A stretch of DNA of 64,000 bases from an uncultured Chlamydiae bacterium (GCA_963730605.1 CAVSSM010000001.1:512001-576000), one strand, 5' to 3'; counted from the first letter of the stretch, positions 10,107 to 20,423 are shown. The notes: generated by a model not told the origin, from the letters alone. Numbers and translations: made by a program.

Positions 10107-10649
10107 ACCTGATCCTCTTTGGATTCAAGGGATCCGGCAAGACCCATTTCGGCAAACTCCTTGCCCAAAAGATGCACCGGCGCTTCATCGACACGGATGA
10201 TTGGATCGACGAGCTTTACGCAAAAAAAACCGGCCAGCATACATCCAATAGAGAAATCTACATCCAGCTTGGCCCCGCAGCGTTCCGCGCCCTTGAAAAA
10301 GAGGTGGTCAAGTCGCTAACAAGCATCAAAGACGCCATTGTCGCTCTCGGCGGCGGCGCAGTTCTCGACCCTGAAAAACGTCGAGCTTCTGCAAAAGATC
10401 GGCTGCCTCGTCTATCTTTCCACGAGCATAGAAACTCTCCAGAAACGGGTCTTCAAACAACATCCGAGGACTGCAATTCTGGACAGCGACGATCCCGAGG
10501 CATCTTTCCTTGAAATGGTCCAAGAGAGACGGCCAATCTATGAATCGATCCCCGCCTCTAAAATCGACTGCGACGCCCTCGATGAAGCGGGCATCCTCGC
10601 CGCCCTGCAGTCTCTTCTCATTCTCCAAGACCCGCCTAATGGGTTTTAA
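10103..10649 (+). CDS. aroK: shikimate kinase, frameshifted near 10375
   Basis: GFKGSGKT P-loop, DTD, ALGGG; C-terminal half is in the 10338..10649 frame. Confidence 0.88.
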
Positions 10650-10697
10650 GACCCCCAAAACACGACTTAGTCAAAATATTTACTTTACAAGCCACCT

Positions 10698-10735
10698 AGA
10701 CCCTGATTTTTAGGCAGCACTAAAAATCAGGGTCT
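10698..10735. repeat. 16-bp inverted repeat with 6-nt loop
   Basis: AGACCCTGATTTTTAG-gcagca-CTAAAAATCAGGGTCT. Confidence 0.85.
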
Positions 10736-11049
10736 TATTTTGGGCTTATGAACGATCTTGTTCTCGATATTCGGCCGCCCGTAAAACGCTCGGAGAACCA
10801 GATCCTTTCCGCATTCGCTATCGAGATTTAAGGAAAGAGACGGTAGCCATGGTAGTGAACAATCGGATGGATAAAAAATCTGCTACCGAGACGATCCGGC
10901 GCCAGGCAAAAGATTTTGTGCCGGTCAACGATCAAATGCGATTCCTTGAGGTGATGGAAACGGAGTTAATGAACCTCCATGAAGGAAATATATCCCGATA
11001 CGGAGTGCGTCTAGCAGAATACGAAAAGTGGCACAAAAATTGGAAATAA
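10735..11049 (+). pseudogene. C-terminal remnant of a Fic-family protein
   Basis: FWAYERSCSRYSA..KTLGEPDPFRIRYR...LHEGNISRY resembles the C-terminus of large Fic proteins; begins abruptly at the inverted repeat; no Fic motif left. Confidence 0.6.
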
Positions 11050-11130
11050 TTGGCCTACAATATTCAAAATGTAGGATTCCCCGAATGATTTTTGTTCATT
11101 GCGATTCCGCTTTTATTTACAATAGGTGAT

Positions 11131-12225
11131 ATGGCGTCCAACTACTTCGGCCAGATCTTCCGCATCACCACCTTCGGCGAGTCGCACGGACCGGGCGTAG
11201 GCGTCGTCATCGACGGGTGCCCCGCTGGGCTCCCCCTCTCGAAAGCCGACATCGACCTTGAGCTGACCCTCCGCCAGCCGGGAGGCAGTCCTTATACCTC
11301 TCCTAGGGCTGAAAAAGACGAAGCCGAAATTTTGTCGGGCTTATTCGAAGGCAAGACGACCGGCGCTCCCGTGGCGCTCCTCATCCGCAATCAAGACGCC
11401 GATTCCTCCAAATATGAACCGATCAAAGACCTTCTTAGACCGGGACATGCCAACTTTACCTATCTCGAAAAATATGGGATCTTCGACTACCGCGGCGGAG
11501 GGCGCTCCTCTGCGCGCGAAACGGCGGCGCGGGTGGCCGCTGGCGCGGTGGCTAAAAAACTCCTTGCCCATCATGGGATCCAAGTTCTTGCCTTTGTCGC
11601 GGCAATCGGCGGAATTGAGATCGCTGAGCCAAATCTCTCCCATCTCGAACCCATAAGAAAAAAAACTCTTTCCAGCCCCATATTCTGCCCGGATGAAAAA
11701 GCTGCAGCCGCAATGATGGCAGCGATAGAAAAAGCCAAGGCCGAGGGGGATTCGCTCGGAGGCGTCCTTCAGGGCGTCGCCCATCTCCCTCAAGGCCTCG
11801 GCGATCCTGTGTACGGAAAGCTCGAGGCCCTCCTTGCTTATGCGATGCTGACTTTGCCTGCTACCAAGGGGTTTGAGATCGGGTCGGGCTTTAGAGCCGC
11901 GCAGATGTTAGGCTCCGAACACAATGATGCCTTCGAGGTCGATGAAAAAGGGAAGATCACAACGGCGACCAATTTCGCCGGCGGGACCCTTGGCGGCATC
12001 TCTACCGGGCTACCGCTGACCTTCCGGGTGGCGTTCAAGCCCACCTCCAGTATCAAAAAGCCGCAAAAGACCGTTTCGACCCAAGGGGAAAAGAGGGAGT
12101 TTCTCCTGCCCGAAGGATCGAGGCACGACCCGTGCGTTGCCATCCGCGCCGTACCCATCATCGAAACGATGGCCGCCCTGGTCTTGGCTGATGCTCTCCT
12201 CATGAACCGCTCTGCAAAAGCTTGA
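11131..12225 (+). CDS. aroC: chorismate synthase
   Basis: TFGESHG, RPGHA, GGGRSSARET, RHDPCV. Confidence 0.97.
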   Translation: MASNYFGQIFRITTFGESHGPGVGVVIDGCPAGLPLSKADIDLELTLRQPGGSPYTSPRAEKDEAEILSGLFEGKTTGAPVALLIRNQDADSSKYEPIKDLLRPGHANFTYLEKYGIFDYRGGGRSSARETAARVAAGAVAKKLLAHHGIQVLAFVAAIGGIEIAEPNLSHLEPIRKKTLSSPIFCPDEKAAAAMMAAIEKAKAEGDSLGGVLQGVAHLPQGLGDPVYGKLEALLAYAMLTLPATKGFEIGSGFRAAQMLGSEHNDAFEVDEKGKITTATNFAGGTLGGISTGLPLTFRVAFKPTSSIKKPQKTVSTQGEKREFLLPEGSRHDPCVAIRAVPIIETMAALVLADALLMNRSAKA

Positions 12226-12250
12226 TTAATATGAGGACTTTCCTTATCAT
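12222..12250 (+). promoter_or_regulatory. sigma66/70-type promoter TTGATT-N17-TATCAT
   Basis: -35 at 12222-12227, -10 at 12245-12250; predicted start near 12257, the A of the leader ATG. Confidence 0.6.
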
Positions 12251-12256
12251 GGGCGC

Positions 12257-12313
12257 ATGACAAAGTACCCATCTCTCCAACTAGCTTCTCTCCTTCTTAG
12301 CCGCCCCGGCTAA
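12257..12313 (+). CDS. putative Leu-sensing leader peptide MTKYPSLQLASLLLSRPG
   Basis: 18 codons with 5 Leu, three consecutive; overlaps a 13-nt sequence complementary to the downstream SD. Confidence 0.65.
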   Translation: MTKYPSLQLASLLLSRPG

Positions 12314-12373
12314 AAACACAAATTTTCTTTCACACCATTTCGAACCAAGACATGAAAAATAAGGAGAGAGGCT
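12283..12373 (+). promoter_or_regulatory. anti-SD/SD sequestering duplex (translational attenuator)
   Basis: AGCUUCUCUCCUU (12283-12295) pairs with AAGGAGAGAGGCU (12361-12373): 12 Watson-Crick pairs plus one G-U. Confidence 0.65.
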
Positions 12374-12374
12374 T

Positions 12375-13826
12375 ATGTCTGAGCAATTATCTATTACCTG
12401 GAAATCGCAAGCGGGTTTCGTCTGGTCTCTGATCGGATCCGCGGTCGGTTTCGCCAATATTTTGAGCTTCAGCGCAAAAGTTTATAAAAACGGCGGCGGC
12501 GCTTATCTTATTCCCTATGCCATCGCCCTTTTTACCATCGGCATCCCTTTCCTGATTTTGGAGGGAAAAATCGGACATCGATGGAAAACTCCCCTCGTCT
12601 CGGGCTATGGGAACGTCTGGGGGCTGGCAGGAAAAACCCTCGGCTGGCTCTCCGTCCTCGCCTGTTTGACGATCGGCGCGTTTTACATCGTTTTAACCGG
12701 CTATTCGGTCGCCTATACGTATTTTTCAGCCGCCGGCGCCATTCCTGAGGATACGCAATCCTTCTTTCTTCAGAGGTTTTTGCACCTGACTCAAAATATC
12801 AACGAATGGGGCCGCTTTTCTACTCTGACCTTTTTAGCTACAGGAGCTGTGGGATTCATCTCGTGGATCGTACTGCGCCGCTCCGTAAGAGACGGCATCG
12901 AGCGGATCTGCTCTTTTTTTCTGCCGACCTTGGCGATTTTAGTGTTGGTATTCGCCATTGCCGTTTGTTTTTTGCCTGGCGGGATCCAGGGTTGGGTCTA
13001 TTATTTGAAGCCTGATTTTCAAAAACTTCTCGATTTCAATTTATGGCGCGACGTATTCGGCCAGCTTTTCTTTAGTCTCTCTCTCGGTTTAGGGATCGTG
13101 ATCGGCTACTCGCGCCACACAGGGCAAATCGCGAATATCGGCCGCGCCATGTTCCAGGTGGCGCTCGGCGATTTTATCATGTCGTTTCTTGCCGGCTCTG
13201 CGATGTTCGGTTGTATCGCGCATATTAGCCACGTACAAGGTGTTCCTTTCGATAAGATCCTCATCACCGATTCGACATTTGAAATTGGCTTCATCCTCTT
13301 TCCAAAAATCCTCAAATCCTTCGGACCCCTTTGGTCGGAGCTCTTGGGAACTGTATTCTTTTTTTCTGTTTTCATCGCAGGAATCACCGGCGTCTTTTCG
13401 ATTGTCGAAAGCATCGCAGGCAATGTCGAGGTCGAGTTCAAGACGACCCGTCAAAAGGCCGTTTCGGCCACTCTTGCTATCTTGATGTCGATGTCGCTTT
13501 TTTTCTGTATGGGCAACGCATCGCATCTGATCGACGCGCTCGCGCCCATGGTCTTAGGGACCAATATGCTGATCGGCGGACTTGCGCTCCTTTATGCCTT
13601 CGGATACAGAAGAGACCTTGGCCTCGAGCCCAATTTCTTTACCTTTTGCCTCAAAGCCGCCGCCCCGATTGTCCTCAGCACGATCCTCATCGGCAATTTA
13701 TGGCAAGAAGCGCTCCATTTCGACTTTGGAGCCTCCATTCGATGGGGCTGGCTTCTCGCCGCCACCCTCGTCTCTTTCTACTTAAGCAGGATGCCGATCC
13801 GTAAAACCAAATTACAAAAGATCTAA
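12375..13826 (+). CDS. sodium-dependent transporter, NSS (LeuT/SNF) family
   Basis: GSAVGFANI, NGGGAYLIPY, GQLFFSLSLG. Confidence 0.93.
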   Translation: MSEQLSITWKSQAGFVWSLIGSAVGFANILSFSAKVYKNGGGAYLIPYAIALFTIGIPFLILEGKIGHRWKTPLVSGYGNVWGLAGKTLGWLSVLACLTIGAFYIVLTGYSVAYTYFSAAGAIPEDTQSFFLQRFLHLTQNINEWGRFSTLTFLATGAVGFISWIVLRRSVRDGIERICSFFLPTLAILVLVFAIAVCFLPGGIQGWVYYLKPDFQKLLDFNLWRDVFGQLFFSLSLGLGIVIGYSRHTGQIANIGRAMFQVALGDFIMSFLAGSAMFGCIAHISHVQGVPFDKILITDSTFEIGFILFPKILKSFGPLWSELLGTVFFFSVFIAGITGVFSIVESIAGNVEVEFKTTRQKAVSATLAILMSMSLFFCMGNASHLIDALAPMVLGTNMLIGGLALLYAFGYRRDLGLEPNFFTFCLKAAAPIVLSTILIGNLWQEALHFDFGASIRWGWLLAATLVSFYLSRMPIRKTKLQKI

Positions 13827-13897
13827 GAGGGTGTCTACAAAGTGAGGGAACGCCAGAACCGAAAAATCGACGAGCCCTCACTTTGTAGACACCCTCT
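13826..13897. repeat. palindromic element family B, internally deleted copy
   Basis: TIR AGAGGGTGTCTACAAAGTGAGG; matches both ends of 46285..46460. Confidence 0.85.
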
Positions 13898-13911
13898 AAA
13901 GGAGAAAAAAC

Positions 13912-14325
13912 ATGCAATTTTCCAACAAATTAGTTGCCGTGATGAACGAGAAAATAGAATCGGGGATCATCATGAACGCGCTCGCGCACATGTGCATCGG
14001 TTTTGGATCTGAAATCGGCACCTCGCCCCTTCGCCTGACAGACTATATTGATGGAGACGGCGGAAGCCATCCATCGATTTCCGAAATGCCGTTCATGATC
14101 TTGAAAGCAAATTCGAATAAGATCCGCGCCACGAGGCAAAGCGCAAAAGAAGCGGGGATCCAGTTCGTCGATTTTACAAGTACGATGACGATCGGCTCTT
14201 TTGTCGAACAGTTGGAGCGGACCAAAGGGACAAAAGAGGCCGACCTGATCTATTATGGGATCGTCTTATTCGGCGATTGGGACAAGGTATCCGAAATGAC
14301 AAGAAAATTTTCACTCTGGAAATGA
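13912..14325 (+). CDS. DUF2000-family protein (Pth2-like fold)
   Basis: NALAHM, Y.D.DG..H..IS..P..IL, Y.GI.LFG....V..MT.KFSLWK. Confidence 0.75.
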   Translation: MQFSNKLVAVMNEKIESGIIMNALAHMCIGFGSEIGTSPLRLTDYIDGDGGSHPSISEMPFMILKANSNKIRATRQSAKEAGIQFVDFTSTMTIGSFVEQLERTKGTKEADLIYYGIVLFGDWDKVSEMTRKFSLWK

Positions 14326-14417
14326 TATGCTATCCAAGAGCCCGCCATTTGTCACCTGTTTGAATAGCGGGGTAGTAAATAGAACCCCTCCCCCAATTCA
14401 GGGGGAGCTTATAAAAA

Positions 14418-15023
14418 TTATGACTCTAAAACACTTAAGTGATTGATCCAATAGTTGCTGAACCCATCCATGTCTAGGCTTAACAAAATTGTATTATTGC
14501 CGTTGACAACGTATTTGGTAATATCGAATTTTTCACTGATGTAATTTCCATTATTTGGGTTATATCCTGCTTTCACAACTTTATCATTGACCTTGATGGT
14601 AATTTTAGCACCGGGCTTTCCGTCGACAAGGGAAGAGAGGTGATTTAGATCTAGCGTGTAAGCTTTAGAAGGGTCTTTCTCGATCGAAACATTTGTTGCG
14701 ATAGAGCTAATACCTACGAAATGCATCAGCCAGCTGTTCCCATAAAATTTGTTGTAATAAACCCCTGGCCCTGTTTTAACCGTTGCATTCGTATCGACAT
14801 GAGTTGCATTGCTAAAATCGACCTCAGCGATCTTCTTTGGAGCCGCTGGAGCTTTCAAAGCTACAGCCAATGTTTCAGCTGCCTTCATCCTGCGCATCGA
14901 TGCTCTAGATGACAAAGATACATCTGCATTGCCAACTACAGCCGCCATCAAAGCCGCAGGTTTTATCGATGGGAAGTCTTGAGAAATAGAAGGTACTTTT
15001 TCTAATGAATTAATTGTTGTCAT
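14418..15023 (-). CDS. AT-rich hypothetical protein with C-terminal jelly-roll-like domain
   Basis: SD AGGAG before ATG at 15023; low-complexity N-terminus; FDITKYVVNGNNTI motif. Confidence 0.7.
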   Translation of the reverse strand: MTTINSLEKVPSISQDFPSIKPAALMAAVVGNADVSLSSRASMRRMKAAETLAVALKAPAAPKKIAEVDFSNATHVDTNATVKTGPGVYYNKFYGNSWLMHFVGISSIATNVSIEKDPSKAYTLDLNHLSSLVDGKPGAKITIKVNDKVVKAGYNPNNGNYISEKFDITKYVVNGNNTILLSLDMDGFSNYWINHLSVLES

Positions 15024-15160
15024 GTTCAACACTCCTGTTTTTGAACAGTTGCATTTTACAATAACAACAAAATTAAAAGCAATTTTAAATAAAGCTATAA
15101 AACATTCTATAATTAAAATAAGTTGGAAAAAATTTAAGGGTCTAGTTTTTCTCTCTGTGA

Positions 15161-15324
15161 TATACCGAAACAACCTGAAGAATCGGGAATTTGACAAGGA
15201 GGCTCCTCAGAATTTGTGTTCGGAGCAAGCGACCATTGCGCGTGCGCAAGGCGCGAGTGAGAACAAAAATTCTGAGGTAAAGCCGACGCAGTCAAAAACC
15301 GATTCTTCAGGTTATTTCGGTATA
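15161..15324. repeat. palindromic element family A, copy 1
   Basis: TIR TATACCGAAA(C/T)AACCTGAAGAATCGG; near-identical inverted copy at 23554..23717. Confidence 0.9.
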
Positions 15325-15401
15325 TACGACAAGTTTTTGGAAAAATGGGGCATCATTGACTGTTTTATAACCTAACCGTTATTGCACCGCCTGATAAAAA
15401 A

Positions 15402-16589
15402 TTATTTATTTAAACTATTGGCGGCCGTCTTCACCGAATCGCAAAACCGGTCTACTTCTTCGAGGGTGTTGTAGAGGCCGAAGGAGGCGCGGGCGGCCGC
15501 CTCCAGTCCAAAAGCGCGCATAGCCGGCTGGGCGCACAGGTGCCCGCTTCGAATGGCGATGTTTTTCAAGTCGAGGAACGTGGCAAGATCGAGAGGATGG
15601 ACGCCATCGATTTGGAACGTCAGGATGGGACCCTTTTTAGGAGAGGTGCCAATGATCCGCAAACCCGGAATCTCAGCGAGTTGTCCGGCAGCGCGGCGAA
15701 GAAGGGCGTCTTCATGGAACGCGATCCTATCCCGCCCAATGTCTTCGATGAAATCGAGCGCTGCTTTCAGCGCGATCACGCCCGCGATAAGCGGAGTGCC
15801 GGCCTCGAACCGAAGGGGCGGCGCCGCGTAGCTCGTCCGGTCAAGGTCGACGCGGGCGATCATGTCTCCTCCTCCCTGGACGGGAGGCATCTTTTCGAGG
15901 AGTTCTTTTTTCCCGTAGAGGATGCCGATACCGGTCGGACCATAGCACTTATGTCCCGAGAAGGCATAGAAGTCGCAATTCAGTTGTTGCACATCGATAA
16001 TCATGTGGGGAGCTGCTTGGGCACCGTCGACAACAAAAATGGCGCCGGCTTCATGGGCTGCGCGGGCGATATCGGCGATGGGATTGATTGTGCCCGTTAC
16101 GTTTGAGACGTGGGCAAGAGCGACGATTTTCGTCTTTGGCCCGATGGTATTCTCCCACTGAAGGACGCCCCTCTCATCGACAGGGATGAATTTTAGCGTC
16201 GCTCCCGTTTGATCTCTGACCATCTGCCAGGGAACGAGATTCGAGTGGTGCTCCATGACCGAGATCAGAATTTCGTCGCCAGGCTTTAGCCAACTTCTCG
16301 CGTAGCTCATGGCAACAAGATTGATGGCGTCGGTCGCGCCGCGAGTAAAGACGATTTCCGAGGCGTCGTTCGCATTGATGAACCTTCGAACCGTCTCGCG
16401 GGTTTCGTTATACCGTTCCGTCGCCTCTATCGAGGGACGGTAAATCGCACGGTGGACCGTGGCGTATTCGGCTGCATAAAAATGGGCCAGGGCGTCGATG
16501 ACAGAGCGGGGCTTGTGGGCCGTTGCCGCAGTATCGAGATAAATCAGTTCCGGATGATGGGAAAAAATAGGAAACGCTTCTCGCATCAT
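15402..16589 (-). CDS. sufS: cysteine desulfurase SufS
   Basis: YLDTAAT, MEHHSN, FSGHKCYGPTG, RSGHLCAQP. Confidence 0.95.
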   Translation of the reverse strand: MMREAFPIFSHHPELIYLDTAATAHKPRSVIDALAHFYAAEYATVHRAIYRPSIEATERYNETRETVRRFINANDASEIVFTRGATDAINLVAMSYARSWLKPGDEILISVMEHHSNLVPWQMVRDQTGATLKFIPVDERGVLQWENTIGPKTKIVALAHVSNVTGTINPIADIARAAHEAGAIFVVDGAQAAPHMIIDVQQLNCDFYAFSGHKCYGPTGIGILYGKKELLEKMPPVQGGGDMIARVDLDRTSYAAPPLRFEAGTPLIAGVIALKAALDFIEDIGRDRIAFHEDALLRRAAGQLAEIPGLRIIGTSPKKGPILTFQIDGVHPLDLATFLDLKNIAIRSGHLCAQPAMRAFGLEAAARASFGLYNTLEEVDRFCDSVKTAANSLNK

Positions 16590-17767
16590 AATTTGATTCC
16601 TGAAGGGACGGAATTCAGAATTTCCTGGCAAAACCCGGCGGCAAGAGTCTCTTCAGCCAATGACCTTGCCAGTCCTCGCGAGCGGAGATAAAAAAGTTCT
16701 TCCACATTGAATTGAGAAACGGTCGCGCCGTGAGACGCTTTGACATCGTCTGCGAAAATCTCGAGGTTCGGCTTTGCGATCCCTTTTGCCTCATCGCTCA
16801 AAAGGAGCGTATTGCACAGTTGATAGGCCTCGGTTTTTTGGGCTTCCGGGCGGACAAAGATTTTCCCTTCGAAACTCGATCGACTTTTGCCGCGAAGGAT
16901 CCCTTTGAAATGCTGTCTTGAGCGGCAATGCGGCGCGATGTGCTCGACCAAAACATGAGTGTGGCTCTCCAATTCGGCGTCCAACACATTCAGCCCTTGC
17001 AAAAAGGCTTCAGAGTTTTCCTCGAGAAGCTGCACCTTGATCGAAGAGCGAAAGAGTTTTGCGCCCTTGGAAAGAGAAAGGATGCGAAGGCTGCTGTCCC
17101 GTTTCAGAGTGGATCGGAAAGATTGAAAGCAAGTTGTCTCCTCGGGCCAATTTTGAGCATCGACGAAGATGAGAGAGGCCCCCGCGTCCAGCCCCACATC
17201 GATATGGGAATTGCAAAAAGCCCCCTCGTTTGCACCAAATGCCCTCTGGACGATCTGGACTGAAGCCCCAATGCCTAGAACGATCTGAAGCCGAGGCGTT
17301 GTCATTTGCCTCGTTGCAGTATGGTGGTGGATCTCGATTGGATCCTCCAGCACGCTTCCGGGCGGTACATAGAGAAACGCTCCTTTTCCTTGAAACGCCC
17401 CATTCATCGCGGCAATAGCGTCGGTTTCTTCTTTTAAGGAACGGCTAAAGCGGTTCTGGAGAAAAACTCCATAGACGAGCATGGCGGCGTCCCATTTCAG
17501 GCAAACGAGCGGCTCCGGCAGATTGGCTTTTTGGAAAAAGCCATCCGAAAAGAGAAGAGAATGGGCGGCCGCCGCGGAACCTGCATCTAGGGGTGCCGGC
17601 GCGGGCGGGGGGATCTCTAGTTTTTCCAGTGGAAAATATTGGAAAGCCTCTTGTTTTGGCCGGGGCAAACCCAATTCCAAAAAACGATCCCAGGCTTTTT
17701 TACGAAAGGCTGCAAGGCTCTCTTTCGGATCGAAAAAAGCTTCGAAATATCCTTCTAGCTGCTGCAC
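16586..17767 (-). CDS. sufD: Fe-S assembly protein SufD
   Basis: KPNLEIFADDVKASHGATV, LFYLRSRG. Confidence 0.93.
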   Translation of the reverse strand: MQQLEGYFEAFFDPKESLAAFRKKAWDRFLELGLPRPKQEAFQYFPLEKLEIPPPAPAPLDAGSAAAAHSLLFSDGFFQKANLPEPLVCLKWDAAMLVYGVFLQNRFSRSLKEETDAIAAMNGAFQGKGAFLYVPPGSVLEDPIEIHHHTATRQMTTPRLQIVLGIGASVQIVQRAFGANEGAFCNSHIDVGLDAGASLIFVDAQNWPEETTCFQSFRSTLKRDSSLRILSLSKGAKLFRSSIKVQLLEENSEAFLQGLNVLDAELESHTHVLVEHIAPHCRSRQHFKGILRGKSRSSFEGKIFVRPEAQKTEAYQLCNTLLLSDEAKGIAKPNLEIFADDVKASHGATVSQFNVEELFYLRSRGLARSLAEETLAAGFCQEILNSVPSGIKL

Positions 17768-18495
17768 GGCGCGTAGCCTTTTTCTTCGAGTTCGAGGGCA
17801 AGTTCCGGACCGCCGCTGCGGAAGATCGTCCCAGAGCTTAAGACATGGACGAAATCGGGCCGGATGAAATCCAGCAGCCTTTGATAATGGGTGATGAGAA
17901 GAAGAGCATTATCGGGCCGGCGCATTTTGTTGACGACGCGGGCGACGATTCGCATCGCGTCGATATCCAAACCCGAATCGGTTTCGTCGAGAATCGCAAA
18001 ATCAGGATCGAAGAGCGCCATCTGCAAAATCTCGTTTCGCTTTTTTTCCCCTCCGGAAAATCCTTCGTTCAAGTTGCGGTCCTTGAACTCAGGGCGAATT
18101 TCCACCCTGGCCATGGATGCGTCAAGAAGCGTTTCGAAGTCGGTGTCGGAGAGGATCTCCATCCCTTTGGCCTTCCTTTGCGCGTTCAAAGCCGCCTGGA
18201 GGAATTGCTTGTTGGAGACGCCGGCGATCTCGAGGGGATATTGGAAACCCATGAAAAGCCCCGAGCAGGACCTCTCTTCCGGAGCCATCTCGAGCAAGTT
18301 TTGCTTTTTGAACCAAATTTCCCCGCCCGTCACTTCATAGGCAGGGTGTCCCGCCAAAACGCGGGCCAGCGTCGATTTTCCAGAACCGTTCGGCCCCATG
18401 ATCGCGTGGATCTCTCCTTTCCCTATGGTCAAATTCAATCCCTTCAGGATTCTTTGGCCTGCGACTTCAACTTGTAAATCTCGTATTTCGATCAT
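17755..18495 (-). CDS. sufC: Fe-S assembly ATPase SufC
   Basis: GPNGSGKST, FSGGEKKRNE, LDETDSGLD. Confidence 0.96.
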   Translation of the reverse strand: MIEIRDLQVEVAGQRILKGLNLTIGKGEIHAIMGPNGSGKSTLARVLAGHPAYEVTGGEIWFKKQNLLEMAPEERSCSGLFMGFQYPLEIAGVSNKQFLQAALNAQRKAKGMEILSDTDFETLLDASMARVEIRPEFKDRNLNEGFSGGEKKRNEILQMALFDPDFAILDETDSGLDIDAMRIVARVVNKMRRPDNALLLITHYQRLLDFIRPDFVHVLSSGTIFRSGGPELALELEEKGYAPCSS

Positions 18496-19935
18496 CCGAC
18501 AGAATTCTCCAATTTTAAGGCGAGGAGCTTTTGCGCCTCGGCTGCGAATTCGAGCGGCAGCTCCCGGATCACTTCTTTGCAAAAGCCATTGACGATCAAA
18601 TTGATCGCGTCATCTTTGGAAAGCCCGCGCGATTGCAGATAAAAAATTTGTTCCTCGTTCATGCTTGGAAGTGGATGCTTCATGCTCCACTTCCGCGCTT
18701 GTATTTCCCACTTCGATGGATGGGAACGTATTGGCCGAGCACCGGTTCCCGACCAGCATCGAATCGCACTGCGTGTAATTGCGGCGCATTTGCGGCGCGC
18801 GGGCCGATCTTGACCAGTCCCCGGTAGCTGTTGTGCGACCGAGTCGGCGGAAATCCCCTTGGAGATGATCGTGGAGCGGGTATTTTTGCCGACATGGATC
18901 ATCTTCGTGCCCGTGTCGGCCTGCATCATGCCGTTGGTCAAGCGCGACCGAATAGAACTCCCCGACCGAATAGTCTCCGCGCAAGATGCAGCTCGGATAT
19001 TTCCAGGTGATCGCCGCGCCCGCCTCGACCTGCGTCCAGGAGATTTTCGAGTGATGGCCCGCGCAACGCCCCGCTTCGTCACAAAATTATAGATTCCCCC
19101 TTTGCCCGTCTTCGGATCGCCCGCATACCAGTTTTGGACGGTCGAGTATTTGATTTCGGCCCGCTCTTTTGCCACAAGCTCGACGACAGCCGCATGAAGC
19201 TGATTCGTATCGAAGGCTGGGGCAGTGCACCCTTCAAGATAGCTGACGTACGAGCCTTCTTCCGCGATAATCAGCGTCCTCTCGAACTGACCTGTCTCCT
19301 TTTCGTTGATCCGGAAGTAGGTGGAAAGCTCCATCGGGCAGCGGACCCCTTTCGGAACATAGACAAACGAGCCGTCGGAAAAGACCGCGGAATTCAGCGC
19401 GGCAAAAAAATTATCCCCGATCGGCACGACGCTGCCCAGATACTCTTCGAGAAGCTCCGGGTATTTGTGCACCGCTTCGGACATCGAGCAAAGGACGACT
19501 CCCGCCTCCTGCAATTTTTTTTGGAATGTCGTCCCGATAGAGACGGAATCGAATACGACATCGATGGCGACATTGGCCAGCCGCTTCTGCTCATCGAGCG
19601 GAATCCCAAGCTTTTCAAAGGTGCTGCAAAATCTCCGGATCCACATCGCTTAAGCTATCAAGTTTTGGTTTGGACTTGGGCTCGGAATAGTAGGAGATCT
19701 CCTGATAGTTGATCGGAGGGTACTTGACGTTGGCCCACTCGGGCTCTTTCATCTCCTGCCATTTCTTAAATGCCTTCAGCCGGAAGGCCAGAAGGAACGG
19801 CGGCTCCTTTTTTTTCTCGGAAATCGCCCGCACCGTCTCTTCCGTCAAACCTTTCGGGAAAGTGTCCGACTCGATCGGCGTCTGAAACCCATACTTATAA
19901 TCGGCTGCGCCAAGCAGTTCGCTCTGTGTTGCCAT
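18492..19935 (-). CDS. sufB: Fe-S assembly protein SufB, multiple frameshifts
   Basis: [40 protein letters not shown] spread over several frames. Confidence 0.9.
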
Positions 19936-20054
19936 AATTCCAAGGATTTTACCGATCCTTGGACTTGCTGTCAATTTTCACAAGTAATTATATATTAGAA
20001 TCATAAACTTTTTTTAATAAAATAAAAACAAACTGAAATACAATTAAGTTAGTT

Positions 20055-20372
20055 ATGAGCAACCATTATTCACAAGAACTTCCATTTCGCGCAAAAATCG
20101 AGATGGCCAAGGAGATCGGGCAGATCATCGAATGCCTCTATGCGGGGAGAAGATCGGCGGCCGACCTATTGATCGAAGACCTGAAGGCGCGGGCTGTTTA
20201 CATGGACGAAGAGATCCAGCAGAGCGTCCTCATGTTTGCCGAGCAAGTGCAATTCCAATACGACTATGACGCATGGCACCTGATGACGGCTGAGGTAAGC
20301 CAAGCTGCGGATAAATTGATCGAAAACCTAGGCTTTAGGCCGCCTAAGGGATTGTCAGAAAATAACTTTTAA
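20055..20372 (+). CDS. hypothetical protein
   Basis: 105-aa ORF divergent from sufB after an AT-rich promoter region. Confidence 0.7.
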   Translation: MSNHYSQELPFRAKIEMAKEIGQIIECLYAGRRSAADLLIEDLKARAVYMDEEIQQSVLMFAEQVQFQYDYDAWHLMTAEVSQAADKLIENLGFRPPKGLSENNF

Positions 20373-20423
20373 AGCTGTGTAGAGAAAAAGTCGCACTTTT
20401 CGTAGAGGAAGACCTGCCACCAT

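Noticed and set aside
15022..15375. Short ORFs over repeats (15022, 23453, 23583, 32489, 34438, 40857, 51439, 51998, 57785, 58202)
   Set aside because: They are translations of the palindromic elements, with no independent sign of being genes.
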